In this document: positions 44,914-54,965 of the stretch, piece by piece | How positions within the stretch are numbered: position 1 is the stretch's first letter | Layout of the letters: every line of letters starts with the position of its first letter | IMG/VR virus record: IMGVR_UViG_3300044568_003163 | Span: 62,001 to 126,000 of that record | DNA length: 64,000 bases | Reading direction: 5' to 3' (one strand) | Translations under genes and position numbers: made by a program | Notes under the pieces: model-generated | Seen by the model: only the letters and a program-made list of their open reading frames with translations | What the model was told of the DNA's origin: nothing | Databases searched by the model: none

Positions 44914-46527
44914 CTAGGATTTAGCAAGAGTTTCTTTCTTTGCTAATGCAATTCCTATTTTCTTTCCTTCTTCAACATCTGAAGGATAATGAACTCCTGA
45001 TAGGATTCTTGAGTTACCTATTTTATCAGCCAATTCACTCAATGAATTAGCTAAATGAGGATATTTGTTTGCTAACATACAAGCCATATAATGAGCACCA
45101 CATGAATGCCCAGAAGGAAACGAATATGTGTTTGATGTAGTTCCACTTAAAGGAACTATGTTATGAGACATATATGGTCTAAGTCTTTGCCAAGCAACTT
45201 TCATGTTATTCACTAATTCAATATTGCCGTCATGCTTCCATAAGTCTTTTAATTCTTTCATTGAAGGTTTTTCTCCTCTGATGGTTAACCATTGATAGAA
45301 AAGTTCAGGTGGCGAATCATTTGCAGCAAGTGCAAATTTTTTATCTTCTTCGGTAGCTCTCTTCATTTCACTCTTAACTAATCCAATTTCATGATTATCT
45401 TCGATTGTAAGATTTCCAGCTGGTGGCATTTTACCTAAGAAGTTATGATGTAAGGTGTTTGAAATTTCTTCTGGCAAAAATGAATAATCAGCACCAACAC
45501 CCGGTGCATCAGTAGCCCATTCTTCGTTTATGCTTTCAAATAGAGGAGTTTCTTCTAATGCAATAAGTAAACCTATTCCATCTTTAGCCATCTTCCAATG
45601 AAATCCCGGTTTTATGTTATCTTTTATCAATTCAACATAAACTCTACCTCTCTTATTTAATTTACCTTCTTCGGTTTCTTCTCCAGGAGAATCAGCACCT
45701 ACAAAATAAACTGTAACTGAAGGATGGAGATTTAGATACTCTTCGATGATAGCTTGGATAGTAGAAAAAACTTTACTAACCTCAGTCATAGAAGATAATC
45801 CATTACCAGCAGATTTTAATTTATCAGATTCAAAGAAACATAAAGTAGATTTTAAAGCTAACGCATTAAACTTAACGATGTAATGGTCGCTTGAACCTGA
45901 AAATTGAACTCTGGAATTACCATGATTACTAGCTATAATAGTCCATGGATATTTAAAATCAGTAAGCTTTCTTTCGTTTAAAGAATTTTTAGTATTTGCC
46001 ATGTAATTCAATCTCATTCCTTTAGGAATGCCTTGATAAACTCCTTCGTTCTTTTTAAGGAATTTATTTTCACAATAATTTACCCATTTAGAGAATATGT
46101 CAATAGGAGTTCGATGGCCATTATTTTCGTAGTTTTGATAGAATGTACCTATTCCGTGTTTTAGGAAATATATGTTACTTTCTTTAGGGACTATGTCATC
46201 GTCGTTTCTACCAAATACTATGGTATTGACTGCACGTTTAGTTCCCATTCTAACTATTGGGTCGAATGATCGACTATGGACTGCCGGATTAAAAAGTAAT
46301 GTAGGTATTCCGGTTAATGTGCCTATGCAATAAGCAAACCAACCACCCATAGAAGAACCTATTAGGAGATCGATTTTATTTTTCTTAACTTCGGCTAAGG
46401 TTTTTTCGAAAAGTCCGTTGTCGTGATAGTCCATTGGTGGATCGTAAACATAATCAAACTTTTCTAAGAATTCGTTTTTGTCAGTTTTAGGTGAGGACTC
46501 AAGTCCATGGAAGAATGCAACTCGCAT
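44914..46527 (-). CDS. fusion: YqiA-like esterase + unknown domain + PAP2 phosphatase
   Basis: HGLES and GSSMGG; K....RLRP, SFPSGH, SRILSGVHYPSD. Confidence 0.8.
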   Translation of the reverse strand: MRVAFFHGLESSPKTDKNEFLEKFDYVYDPPMDYHDNGLFEKTLAEVKKNKIDLLIGSSMGGWFAYCIGTLTGIPTLLFNPAVHSRSFDPIVRMGTKRAVNTIVFGRNDDDIVPKESNIYFLKHGIGTFYQNYENNGHRTPIDIFSKWVNYCENKFLKKNEGVYQGIPKGMRLNYMANTKNSLNERKLTDFKYPWTIIASNHGNSRVQFSGSSDHYIVKFNALALKSTLCFFESDKLKSAGNGLSSMTEVSKVFSTIQAIIEEYLNLHPSVTVYFVGADSPGEETEEGKLNKRGRVYVELIKDNIKPGFHWKMAKDGIGLLIALEETPLFESINEEWATDAPGVGADYSFLPEEISNTLHHNFLGKMPPAGNLTIEDNHEIGLVKSEMKRATEEDKKFALAANDSPPELFYQWLTIRGEKPSMKELKDLWKHDGNIELVNNMKVAWQRLRPYMSHNIVPLSGTTSNTYSFPSGHSCGAHYMACMLANKYPHLANSLSELADKIGNSRILSGVHYPSDVEEGKKIGIALAKKETLAKS

Positions 46528-46603
46528 AAGTGGTATTTATTTATAGTACAAATATAATCATTTTCCTATTCAATAGGAAATTAAATTGAATTAATTATTA
46601 ACA

Positions 46604-47197
46604 TTATGCTCTTGGTCGTCCTAACATAATTTTGTCGTGAGCTCCACCAGCAATATTTCTAGTGTACCAACCATCACCAGAAGCATCTGGCATAGTACCA
46701 ATCCATTGAACTTGTTTACCTAAAACTTTAGTAACTACATCAATATCAGTTACTACTGGCACATCATATTTGTTGATTAAGATTTCCGCGATTTTACCAG
46801 AAACTTCGATATAGAATCCCATCTTTTTAAGGTCGACTCCTCTAGCTTCAATGTAAGCACGTTTAGCATCTTTGGTTCCGTCATGTCCTACTCCTGAGAA
46901 TTTAACTCCAAATTTAGTTCTTTGACCAAACATTACCATATCAAAATCTCTGGTTCCGTGAATATCTTCACCTTCCCAATAATTCCAATCTGGATCTGCA
47001 AACACATCTTCAGGAGATTTTATTTTAATGTGACCTCCAATTTCGGCATATGCCGTTTGTATCAAATCGAAAAATTCTCCAGCTAATTCTGGATATTTCT
47101 TATGATTGAATAGTAAAGCCTTTCCTCTTGGTGGTTTTAAATCACCAGAAGAAGTTATTTCGTTTACGTACTCTTCGTATTTTTTAAATGTTGTCAT
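46604..47197 (-). CDS. CTS-like-peptide protein, unknown domain
   Basis: MTTFKKYEEYVNE; resembles the next gene. Confidence 0.65.
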   Translation of the reverse strand: MTTFKKYEEYVNEITSSGDLKPPRGKALLFNHKKYPELAGEFFDLIQTAYAEIGGHIKIKSPEDVFADPDWNYWEGEDIHGTRDFDMVMFGQRTKFGVKFSGVGHDGTKDAKRAYIEARGVDLKKMGFYIEVSGKIAEILINKYDVPVVTDIDVVTKVLGKQVQWIGTMPDASGDGWYTRNIAGGAHDKIMLGRPRA

Positions 47198-47751
47198 TTT
47201 AATTTACCGTATATTCGTTTTGTAATTCGTTTTCCTGCTTTTGAAAGAAATCTAGAGTAATATCCGTCTTCTTCCATTTGTGGTTGTTTATGCTTACCTA
47301 CAATATTTTGAATTACTTCAAAATCATCTACTACTGGAACTTTAGAATCCACTAAGATTTCTTCCATTCTTTTCGATGCTTCGATAAACCAACCTTTAGT
47401 ATTTACTAAGTCAATAACTTTCGTTATCAATTCTCGTTTAGCACCTTTCTTTTCGTTAGTACCTAATAGAGCAATCTTGTTTCCATAAGCAGTTTCCTTA
47501 TAAATAATGAATGCATCTGGTTTGTGATCGGAATCTACGTCTTTTAGATAAGTAGCTTTATATTTCGTCTTTAATTCATGAGCATCATCAGCAGAAAAAT
47601 CTAGACCTTCTTTAGAATATGTATCGGTGTACATTTTCCAAATTAAGTCTTCTGCCTCTTTATCTAATTTAGACATATCAATATTAACCCACTTACCAGT
47701 AGGAATCGACATTTCACTTACAAATTCGTTATATTTTTTAAATTGTGTCAT
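47194..47751 (-). CDS. CTS-like-peptide protein, apparent paralog of 46604
   Basis: MTQFKKYNEFVSE; shares G.(F/Y)IE.S, VPVV.D and DG.Y.R. Confidence 0.65.
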   Translation of the reverse strand: MTQFKKYNEFVSEMSIPTGKWVNIDMSKLDKEAEDLIWKMYTDTYSKEGLDFSADDAHELKTKYKATYLKDVDSDHKPDAFIIYKETAYGNKIALLGTNEKKGAKRELITKVIDLVNTKGWFIEASKRMEEILVDSKVPVVDDFEVIQNIVGKHKQPQMEEDGYYSRFLSKAGKRITKRIYGKLK

Positions 47752-48218
47752 TTTATTAGTTTTACCGATTTTTTAGGTTCAATTACAACTACATTAGTTG
47801 TACGTATATATTTGTTTCCTTTTACTGGATGACTTCCGGCATCCATAATATTTTGAAAGACTATTCCATCAAAACCTTTATCTATAGCTGCTCTAACAAA
47901 ATGGTCAGTCTTTATAGATTTAATTTCAGGATTTGGTTTGTATCTATCGAAATCTTCGGGTTTCATTCCTAATTTTTTAGCTTCGGCTTTTGCAGCTATC
48001 TCAGGTAACCACCAACCTTCAGCTGAACTAAAATCTAAAGTAACAAATTTCTTAAGGATGATTTGATATGGTCCAGTAACCTTTCCGTAAGATTGTGCTA
48101 TTAATAAACTATCAGTAAAATATATTGGTTTGTTAAAATCTACATCTCCACCATGATACATCAAATCAAATTTTTCTGATTCGTTTAAGAACTCGTCATA
48201 TTTTTTAAATGTCGTCAT
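47748..48218 (-). CDS. CTS-like-peptide protein, ADP-ribosyltransferase-like
   Basis: MYHGG, IYFTDS..A..YG, GFDGIV. Confidence 0.6.
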   Translation of the reverse strand: MTTFKKYDEFLNESEKFDLMYHGGDVDFNKPIYFTDSLLIAQSYGKVTGPYQIILKKFVTLDFSSAEGWWLPEIAAKAEAKKLGMKPEDFDRYKPNPEIKSIKTDHFVRAAIDKGFDGIVFQNIMDAGSHPVKGNKYIRTTNVVVIEPKKSVKLIK

Positions 48219-48610
48219 TAATCTCCAGTTCCTTTGTATATTATTTTAATTGCCTTAGCAGGAATATTTTCAAATGTAATTATACGTTTGTCTTTCAAAT
48301 CAAAATTTGGATCTACGTACCATATATTCTTAAGATTAGTTGTATCTATTTGATAGATGTCATCATCATAAGTTGAATCCCACCAATCTTTCTTATTATC
48401 ACTATTAACTGCAAATATAACTTTGCCATCAATATTGGTGTCAGATAACCAAGTCTCACTTTTACCTTTAGTAATCAATCCTTCTTTAGAAATAATATTT
48501 CTATAATGAGGATTTGATGTATGATATAAGTATCTGTTTGGTTTTACTTCAATTAAGCGAGAATTAGCACTTTCATTTATCCATTTTTCGTATAGAGGCA
48601 AATTTCTCAT
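48218..48610 (-). CDS. CTS-like-peptide protein, ART/Tpt1-like
   Basis: YLYHTS....I.KEGL, IF, IP...I. Confidence 0.55.
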   Translation of the reverse strand: MRNLPLYEKWINESANSRLIEVKPNRYLYHTSNPHYRNIISKEGLITKGKSETWLSDTNIDGKVIFAVNSDNKKDWWDSTYDDDIYQIDTTNLKNIWYVDPNFDLKDKRIITFENIPAKAIKIIYKGTGD

Positions 48611-49008
48611 ATCTTTGCTTTAAGTATTTTCATATTAATAGCCTTGTCTCCTTTTATGATTTGTGATGCTATTCGATGATGTCCATCAAAAACGATTACT
48701 GTTCCATTTTTAAATTGTACACCAGTAGGCATTTCGGTCTTTTTACTTTTTGAATATAAATTAACCGTAGTTGAATTCAAATAATCTTGATTTGGAACTA
48801 TTTTGTTTATGTCTATAGATAAAGTTTTAGCTTTATCGAATGCCTTAATTTTTAAATTTGCGTTATCCTCTTCATCGTATCCTAATTCAGATCTCCAAAA
48901 ATCCTTCATATCTAAATATGAATCCGTAGTCATCTTTTGTTTGAATACGTTTAACAATTTCGTATTATCCTCATTAAGCCAGTCTTCATATATAGGCAAA
49001 TTTCTCAT
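48607..49008 (-). CDS. CTS-like-peptide protein, ParB/sulfiredoxin-like
   Basis: I.P.Q, VFDGHHR. Confidence 0.7.
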   Translation of the reverse strand: MRNLPIYEDWLNEDNTKLLNVFKQKMTTDSYLDMKDFWRSELGYDEEDNANLKIKAFDKAKTLSIDINKIVPNQDYLNSTTVNLYSKSKKTEMPTGVQFKNGTVIVFDGHHRIASQIIKGDKAINMKILKAKI

Positions 49009-50090
49009 TACAGAAGATTCTTTTTAGCTCTTTTTATATATTCGGTAACTAAACCTCGGATTTTGTTCATTGCCGCTATTGCAGCCGGAGTTTCAGCCTT
49101 ATTGAATTTAGGAGAGTTATAAGCTTCCATCATTCCTTTCTCATATTGTTTTACTACTGCCTGCATAAATTCTTTTGCCGACTTATATTTTAAAACAGTA
49201 CCAAATTCTCCTATTTGTTCAAGAGTATCAGCCACCGCTAATATTCCATCACACAAATCATCAAATGTAGGAGAATCAGGATTAACACCTTTCCATTGTT
49301 GTAATGATTCAGAAGGCACAAAAGGCTTTCCAGGATTAGATTGGTCCCAAAAGAATCTAGCAATATCCATCATAAAAGTAGACGAACTTAAAGTAATTAA
49401 TCGATCTTCAACATTTGAACGTTTAGAATAAGGCACCATTAAATCACCTTGAAATCTTGCTCTAATTCCTCTTGGTTGTATTGAAATTTCTAAAGCCTCA
49501 CCGAATGACGAGTATAACTTACCAATTACAAATCCTTTAACGTTTTTCTCTGGAGTAAAACGGAAAACTGCCCATGATGAATATTCTTTATGAGTTACCA
49601 CTAAGTCCACTTGCACATAACCTATTTCACCAGTTCTTAAAGGAACTGTTACTAATAATTTTAGAGATGCATCAGTAGAAATAGATTTTGTTTCTTCTAC
49701 GTCTATACCTTCAGGTGTTTCAGCTTCTAGCCACATTAGCAGCTCTTGATTATACAATTTAACAGTAGCAATCTCATCAGCTCGTGGATCTTTACTTGTA
49801 AGTTTAAGTACCGGATATGCGATCATGTAATCTACATCTCCGTATAATTTTTCAGGTTGATTTTTTAAATCATCTTCCCACCAAGTACCAGATCCTATAG
49901 GCTTCAAAAAGTCTAAAGATGGTAATTCCAATTCTCGTAAATGTCCATTGAAATCTTCGGAAATCCTAGCTACGACCTTCGTTACTTTTTGGATAACGTC
50001 TGGAGTTAAAGGAGTTTCCTGAGTTTTAGTAGTTGACCAACCGCCTTCGTTGATAGTCAACCATTCGTTATATAGTTGTAAGTTTCTCAT
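49008..50090 (-). CDS. CTS-like-peptide protein, nucleotidyltransferase-like
   Basis: IGSG...GDVD...VQVDL. Confidence 0.65.
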   Translation of the reverse strand: MRNLQLYNEWLTINEGGWSTTKTQETPLTPDVIQKVTKVVARISEDFNGHLRELELPSLDFLKPIGSGTWWEDDLKNQPEKLYGDVDYMIAYPVLKLTSKDPRADEIATVKLYNQELLMWLEAETPEGIDVEETKSISTDASLKLLVTVPLRTGEIGYVQVDLVVTHKEYSSWAVFRFTPEKNVKGFVIGKLYSSFGEALEISIQPRGIRARFQGDLMVPYSKRSNVEDRLITLSSSTFMMDIARFFWDQSNPGKPFVPSESLQQWKGVNPDSPTFDDLCDGILAVADTLEQIGEFGTVLKYKSAKEFMQAVVKQYEKGMMEAYNSPKFNKAETPAAIAAMNKIRGLVTEYIKRAKKNLL

Positions 50091-50097
50091 AATTTTG

Positions 50098-50463
50098 TTA
50101 TTCTATTAACTTTTCTACATAAGTGCAGGTTTCTCCTGCATCAAATCCCTTTTCGATAAGTAGTGATAGTGAGGCCGGTTTACACCAAGCATATACAAGC
50201 CAACCTGAATATTTACTTTGTACGTATTCCCATCGAGTATTCCAAAGTTTTCTAAAGATTCCTTTTCTTCTATGCTCTTCTTGTACCCAGGCATCTAAGA
50301 ATTTAATCTTCTGATCCTTTTCTCTTTCCATATAGATATGGCCTACAATATCACCATTTATCATTGCAATCCAAGTTTCTAATTGCTGGGCATTGCTCTT
50401 TAGGTGAATTATTTTTATATCTTCTATAAAAGAATTCGATACTTCATTCAAAACATTACTCAT
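50098..50463 (-). CDS. GNAT acetyltransferase
   Basis: V.EEHRRKGI, KGF. Confidence 0.75.
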   Translation of the reverse strand: MSNVLNEVSNSFIEDIKIIHLKSNAQQLETWIAMINGDIVGHIYMEREKDQKIKFLDAWVQEEHRRKGIFRKLWNTRWEYVQSKYSGWLVYAWCKPASLSLLIEKGFDAGETCTYVEKLIE

Positions 50464-50479
50464 TATATTTATAAGTTTC

Positions 50480-50776
50480 TCATATTGCAGGTAAAGACAA
50501 ATCTAATGTTTCTGGTATGTGTTTATATTTGTTGTAAACGTTATTAGACACTATGTAGGATTTGATAAATCTTTCCATTTCTGCAATACTACCAAAGGTA
50601 TGACCTCCGAAATCGATATCAATTCCTTTATAAAATGGAGTATAATTTGCAACAGTACGACCAGCTTGTTTTTGCTCTCTTTGTTTTTTCCAAATAATTC
50701 CGTCATTACCTTTTACTTCATCTGGCCATTTAGTAGATTCGTTAAGAAACTCGTCGTATTTTTTAAATTGTGTCAT
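50480..50776 (-). CDS. CTS-like-peptide hypothetical protein
   Basis: MTQFKKYDEFLNE. Confidence 0.65.
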   Translation of the reverse strand: MTQFKKYDEFLNESTKWPDEVKGNDGIIWKKQREQKQAGRTVANYTPFYKGIDIDFGGHTFGSIAEMERFIKSYIVSNNVYNKYKHIPETLDLSLPAI

Positions 50777-50777
50777 A

Positions 50778-51521
50778 TTATTTAGTATTTCTTTTTAACC
50801 ACTGATTAAATGATTCGGTTATTTTAGTTAGGGTTGCTTTATACGTAGCCTTAAAATCTTTTGGTTCTTGAATATAACCTTCGGCAGTTTCGTCATGTAA
50901 ATCAGAAGTCCATTGCCAATGAAAACATAATTCATTAGGCACATCAAATCCATAAAATTTAAGGACTTGCTTTTGTTTTTCTAATTCCGTACCGCCATTC
51001 CAATTGTGACCAGTTAAAACAATACCAGCTAATTTACCTTCTAAAATATTATTTTCTTCTAGGGTAGTCCATCGATTTTCTAACCAATTTAAGCGTTCGA
51101 TTAGTTTTTGATAGACTGCGTTAACTGAACCCCATCGAATCGAACCTAAAAATATAACGGCATCAGCTTCTAATAAAGGTTTGCTCACTTTCCAAAGTTC
51201 ATCGTCTTTGTGATTAATAGAAGCCCAACAACGATGACATCCACTCGGATTTTTAGTTGCATCTTTTAGTATGGAATCTTTTACTCCACATGAATTTCCT
51301 TTTGAAGTAGAAACATTACCTTCGCATTGATAGATGTGCAATTTAGTAACGTCGACAATTTCGCAAGTAGATGAACCTAATTCATCTTGAATCATTTGTG
51401 CCAATTGAGAGGACTTAGGAATATCATCACTACCTTCCCATCGAGTCGATGTGGTAAGTAGGAGTACCTTCTTTCCTCTGAGATGAGTGGTCAATCTTTG
51501 TAAATCGTGGTTGCTATTCAT
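50778..51521 (-). CDS. flavodoxin/NADPH-dependent FMN reductase-like
   Basis: TSTR, C.GN, ADAVIF.GSIRWG....QKLIERL. Confidence 0.8.
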   Translation of the reverse strand: MNSNHDLQRLTTHLRGKKVLLLTTSTRWEGSDDIPKSSQLAQMIQDELGSSTCEIVDVTKLHIYQCEGNVSTSKGNSCGVKDSILKDATKNPSGCHRCWASINHKDDELWKVSKPLLEADAVIFLGSIRWGSVNAVYQKLIERLNWLENRWTTLEENNILEGKLAGIVLTGHNWNGGTELEKQKQVLKFYGFDVPNELCFHWQWTSDLHDETAEGYIQEPKDFKATYKATLTKITESFNQWLKRNTK

Positions 51522-51522
51522 A

Positions 51523-52173
51523 TTATTTAGATGTCCAAACTACTCCACCACCACCATCTTCGATATGGAATTTAGCTTTTGGATATTTTCTTTTCATGTC
51601 TTCGTATTTAGCCGGAATCAAGTCTCGGATTTTAATGTCATTTGATTGACCAACTACCTTTCCATATTCTAAAGCAACAATAGACCAAGGTCCGTTATCA
51701 CCAGTTTTTACGCCTTTCATCATCACTGCCCAAACTCCTTCGTTAACAACAGATTCGTTACGCATATCTGCTAGATATGCATCGGTTAAATCGGTTATTA
51801 GGTCTAGCAATTCGTTTTTCTTATTAATATTTAACCCGGCCATATCGATAATATCATCGATTTCCTTTGCAACCTCTTTTACCTCTTTATCAGAGTTTCT
51901 ATAATAATCGGTTAGAGACATTGCCTCATTAATAGAAGATTCATTATAAGGAATTACTCCTAATTTTTGATCGGCTTTAGCGATCATATCCTCTACCTTT
52001 TTACAAGCAGATTGAATGCCTTTTAAAGCAACAATCCATTTAGGAGCTGATATGTCCTTCTTTAATAGCTCATCGATTTTATCTTGAAGGTTAGTTATGT
52101 CACTCCCAATTTCATCAAAAATAAAATATTGACCTTCGTTTAAGAATTCTTCGTATGTTTGTAAGTTTTTCAT
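51523..52173 (-). CDS. CTS-like-peptide multi-segment protein
   Basis: MKNLQTYEEFLNE plus internal NESSINE and NESVVNE. Confidence 0.65.
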   Translation of the reverse strand: MKNLQTYEEFLNEGQYFIFDEIGSDITNLQDKIDELLKKDISAPKWIVALKGIQSACKKVEDMIAKADQKLGVIPYNESSINEAMSLTDYYRNSDKEVKEVAKEIDDIIDMAGLNINKKNELLDLITDLTDAYLADMRNESVVNEGVWAVMMKGVKTGDNGPWSIVALEYGKVVGQSNDIKIRDLIPAKYEDMKRKYPKAKFHIEDGGGGVVWTSK

Positions 52174-52571
52174 TATTTGTAATTTTTATTTAAGTACCAA
52201 TTAATATCCTCTTTAGCATAACCTAAAAGCTCGCCAATTCTTTTGCTCTCCTGTTTAGTAGCCTCATATGATAAATATCCGCCATATTTATTAGCAATCT
52301 TTGCTAATTCTTTAGCTTTTTTCTCGGCACCTTTATTAAAATAAATATAAGCGTCGAATGGATTTCCTGGTAATTTGATTGTTCCTAAGTTGTGAGTCTT
52401 AACCAAATCCCAAAATTCATCTATACTTAAATCAACTGTGGTTTTTAAAGTAATAAATCCTAAATCTCTCTTTCCGTCTATAACAGTTTGTACCGCACTT
52501 TTATCTCGGTGGGCTTCTTCTGCCTTAATAGTTTCGTTTACGAATTCGTCGTATGTAGGAATGTGTTTCAT
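52173..52571 (-). CDS. CTS-like-peptide hypothetical protein
   Basis: MKHIPTYDEFVNE; IGELLGY. Confidence 0.65.
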   Translation of the reverse strand: MKHIPTYDEFVNETIKAEEAHRDKSAVQTVIDGKRDLGFITLKTTVDLSIDEFWDLVKTHNLGTIKLPGNPFDAYIYFNKGAEKKAKELAKIANKYGGYLSYEATKQESKRIGELLGYAKEDINWYLNKNYK

Positions 52572-53110
52572 TATATTTTTCCGGCTTTTACTCTATCTCT
52601 AGAAACGCTGTTGATGTATTTTAATTCATCTGCATTTAGTTTAGGAGCAATTAGTTTTTTCCATTGACCTTCTTGTTTAGCTCTTGGTAATTGCAAAAAT
52701 TCAATAACGTCTTGGTCATCTTTTAACTTGCTAATTATCGATTGGACTGCTTTATCTCGCCAATGTTCTTTCCACCACATTTTCAAATCATCAACTGGGT
52801 GAAAATCTACTCTATTAGCTAACAGTGCAATTTGTCCTCCAATTGCAGCAGCCTGTAACATAAGGATTGCAGTCATTGCATCTTCATTTAAGAATTCTTC
52901 GGATTCTTTTAAATATCCTTCGTCACTCCAACCAGCTATAAAAGAGATATCTCCTTTTGCTCGGCCTTCTAAAAATTTCACCTTTGTATTTTGATTTTTA
53001 CCTAAATCAATAACTTCAAATTTACCTAATTTAGGGTGAGTGTAAATTTTGCCAACGATAAAATTAGATTTCTCGTTTAAGAATTCCTCGTATGTTTGTA
53101 AGTTTCTCAT
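52571..53110 (-). CDS. CTS-like-peptide two-segment protein
   Basis: MRNLQTYEEFLNE; internal ESEEFLNE. Confidence 0.65.
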   Translation of the reverse strand: MRNLQTYEEFLNEKSNFIVGKIYTHPKLGKFEVIDLGKNQNTKVKFLEGRAKGDISFIAGWSDEGYLKESEEFLNEDAMTAILMLQAAAIGGQIALLANRVDFHPVDDLKMWWKEHWRDKAVQSIISKLKDDQDVIEFLQLPRAKQEGQWKKLIAPKLNADELKYINSVSRDRVKAGKI

Positions 53111-53244
53111 TATCTTCCTTGTCCTTTGTATTTTTTAGGCTTTTCTTCTTTAGGCCCAAAGTGTTTTTTGGCTTTGCCAGTACTCTTCGTTTTAGTTATC
53201 TTAACCGAAGTAGTTGTAGTTGATTTGCTTTTAGTAGCGGCCAT
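53110..53244 (-). CDS. 44-aa highly basic peptide (not in ORF track)
   Basis: MAATKSKSTTTTSVKITKTKSTGKAKKHFGPKEEKPKKYKGQGR; stop overlaps the next start. Confidence 0.65.
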   Translation of the reverse strand: MAATKSKSTTTTSVKITKTKSTGKAKKHFGPKEEKPKKYKGQGR

Positions 53245-53385
53245 GGTGTTACATGATATTTTTATTTTTGCGTTTTATTCATTTAGAGTTCACCAGATAA
53301 ACGATTTACTGGTGTTATAATACCTACTAACCAGAGAACAATTTTTAAACGTGGATTACACGATTTCTCTTACTAATCAGTGGTT

Positions 53386-53802
53386 TTATTGTATGTCTTC
53401 TTTTCTGTATTCTGGTGCAATTGTTGCAGCCGGTAATTGAGTAGCTAAATCAGTCGTACCTTCATTAACCGTAGCCTTATAACCAAATTTTGATCGTAAA
53501 GCTTTAATTGCGGCAATAGCCTTTGCTTCATCTTCGAAGGAGTCGTCCATAAAAATAGAAATTTGTTCAGGTGCTAAATCTTCAGCACCGTTTTTCATTT
53601 TTAAAGGCGATATAGTAACATTAACAATAGCGGCAAAGTTATTTCTCATTGTTCCCGCAACTCCACCCTCAACAACTACACATTGATTTTCATCGAAGTG
53701 TAGTGCGTCTTTCCAACATGATTTCCATGTCTTATTAGCCGGAGTAGCTGATTGAAATTTAGCACCATCAGCTAAAAATTCGTTTAGAGATTCATGTAAC
53801 AT
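53386..53802 (-). CDS. CTS-like-peptide hypothetical protein
   Basis: MLHESLNEFL. Confidence 0.6.
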   Translation of the reverse strand: MLHESLNEFLADGAKFQSATPANKTWKSCWKDALHFDENQCVVVEGGVAGTMRNNFAAIVNVTISPLKMKNGAEDLAPEQISIFMDDSFEDEAKAIAAIKALRSKFGYKATVNEGTTDLATQLPAATIAPEYRKEDIQ

Positions 53803-53805
53803 AAT

Positions 53806-54141
53806 CTATTTAGGTGACCATTCTTTTTTGTCAAAATCTTCGATGTTTAACATGGCTTGTATCGACTTTTCAAAATGAATATTTACTCGACCCCAAAAAA
53901 ATCCAGTAGTAGGAGCAAATTCCGTATTCCAAAATTTACGATCTCTCAATCTATCCAAACAATCTTTTGTAACTCCTTTTGGATCGTCATAGACGATATT
54001 AAGATAGCCATTTACATCCTCAGTTCTAAACTTAATTTTACTAGAAAATCCATGTAAAGCTTGTAAGATGTCAATTAAATCATTTGCAGTTCCTCTACCT
54101 TCATTTAAGAAAGTTTCTAGTGATTCGTGTAATGAGCTCAT
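53806..54141 (-). CDS. CTS-like-peptide hypothetical protein
   Basis: MSSLHESLETFLNE. Confidence 0.6.
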   Translation of the reverse strand: MSSLHESLETFLNEGRGTANDLIDILQALHGFSSKIKFRTEDVNGYLNIVYDDPKGVTKDCLDRLRDRKFWNTEFAPTTGFFWGRVNIHFEKSIQAMLNIEDFDKKEWSPK

Positions 54142-54635
54142 TATTTGATGTATTTTTTTCTAATAATTTCCTCAGCCTTTTCAATCTCTTTCGGAGACCA
54201 ACCATAGAGCTTACCTATCTCGGTGGCAACCTCTAATGGGTCGTCTGAAGTCTTAAATTGATTGATGTGCATTTTAATGGTTGCATCATTTACCGGTTGT
54301 TTGCTCTCATTTAAGAAGGCTTCAAAGCTTTCCATAAGATTACTTGATTCGCTCACTTCTGCTTCATATACAGTTCCTATTACATCACTAGCATTACTAA
54401 ATTTCTTAATGTGACTACTCACATCCTTTAGCTTTTTGATAATAGCATCTAATTCTTTAGGGTCAACATCATTACCGGAAGTAACTCGATCGGTAAATAC
54501 ATTTAACTTTATGCGAGCTACGAATAGTTCGGTTTTGACTACATCTTTCGGTAATCGATAGAAAGTTCCTTCGTTCATAATATTATTTCTTGCTCCAAAG
54601 TAAATCTGAAAAATCCGAGTACATGTACTTGTCAA
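54141..54635 (-). CDS. multi-segment hypothetical protein
   Basis: Likely start MNEG near 54578; internal LMESFEAFLNE. Confidence 0.6.
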   Translation of the reverse strand: MTSTCTRIFQIYFGARNNIMNEGTFYRLPKDVVKTELFVARIKLNVFTDRVTSGNDVDPKELDAIIKKLKDVSSHIKKFSNASDVIGTVYEAEVSESSNLMESFEAFLNESKQPVNDATIKMHINQFKTSDDPLEVATEIGKLYGWSPKEIEKAEEIIRKKYIK

Positions 54636-54963
54636 TTAGAGAATTCTCTAGTTTTTTAAATTTTTGTTGTTGGTCAGCTTTACCTAAATAAGGATTTCCT
54701 TCGGTTTGAAGTTTTATCTGATGAGTTAATTCATGTAAGATAGCTTGTTCCGGATCAACCATTCTCGACAAATCAAATGAGATATAAAGAGCTTGATTTG
54801 TCTTAGCATTGTAAGAAGTACATGCACCACCATGAGCAACCTTTTCAAATTTCAAAGGTAATTCCTTAACTCTCTCAGCTTTACATACCGCAGAATAGTA
54901 AGCCTTAACATTAGCTTGACTAACGGCTTCATTAAGAAACTCTTCTAATGATTCGTGTAACAT
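54583..54963 (-). CDS. CTS-like-peptide protein, HExxH metallopeptidase-like
   Basis: MLHESLEEFLNE; ILHELTH. Confidence 0.6.
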   Translation of the reverse strand: MLHESLEEFLNEAVSQANVKAYYSAVCKAERVKELPLKFEKVAHGGACTSYNAKTNQALYISFDLSRMVDPEQAILHELTHQIKLQTEGNPYLGKADQQQKFKKLENSLIDKYMYSDFSDLLWSKK

Positions 54964-54965
54964 AA

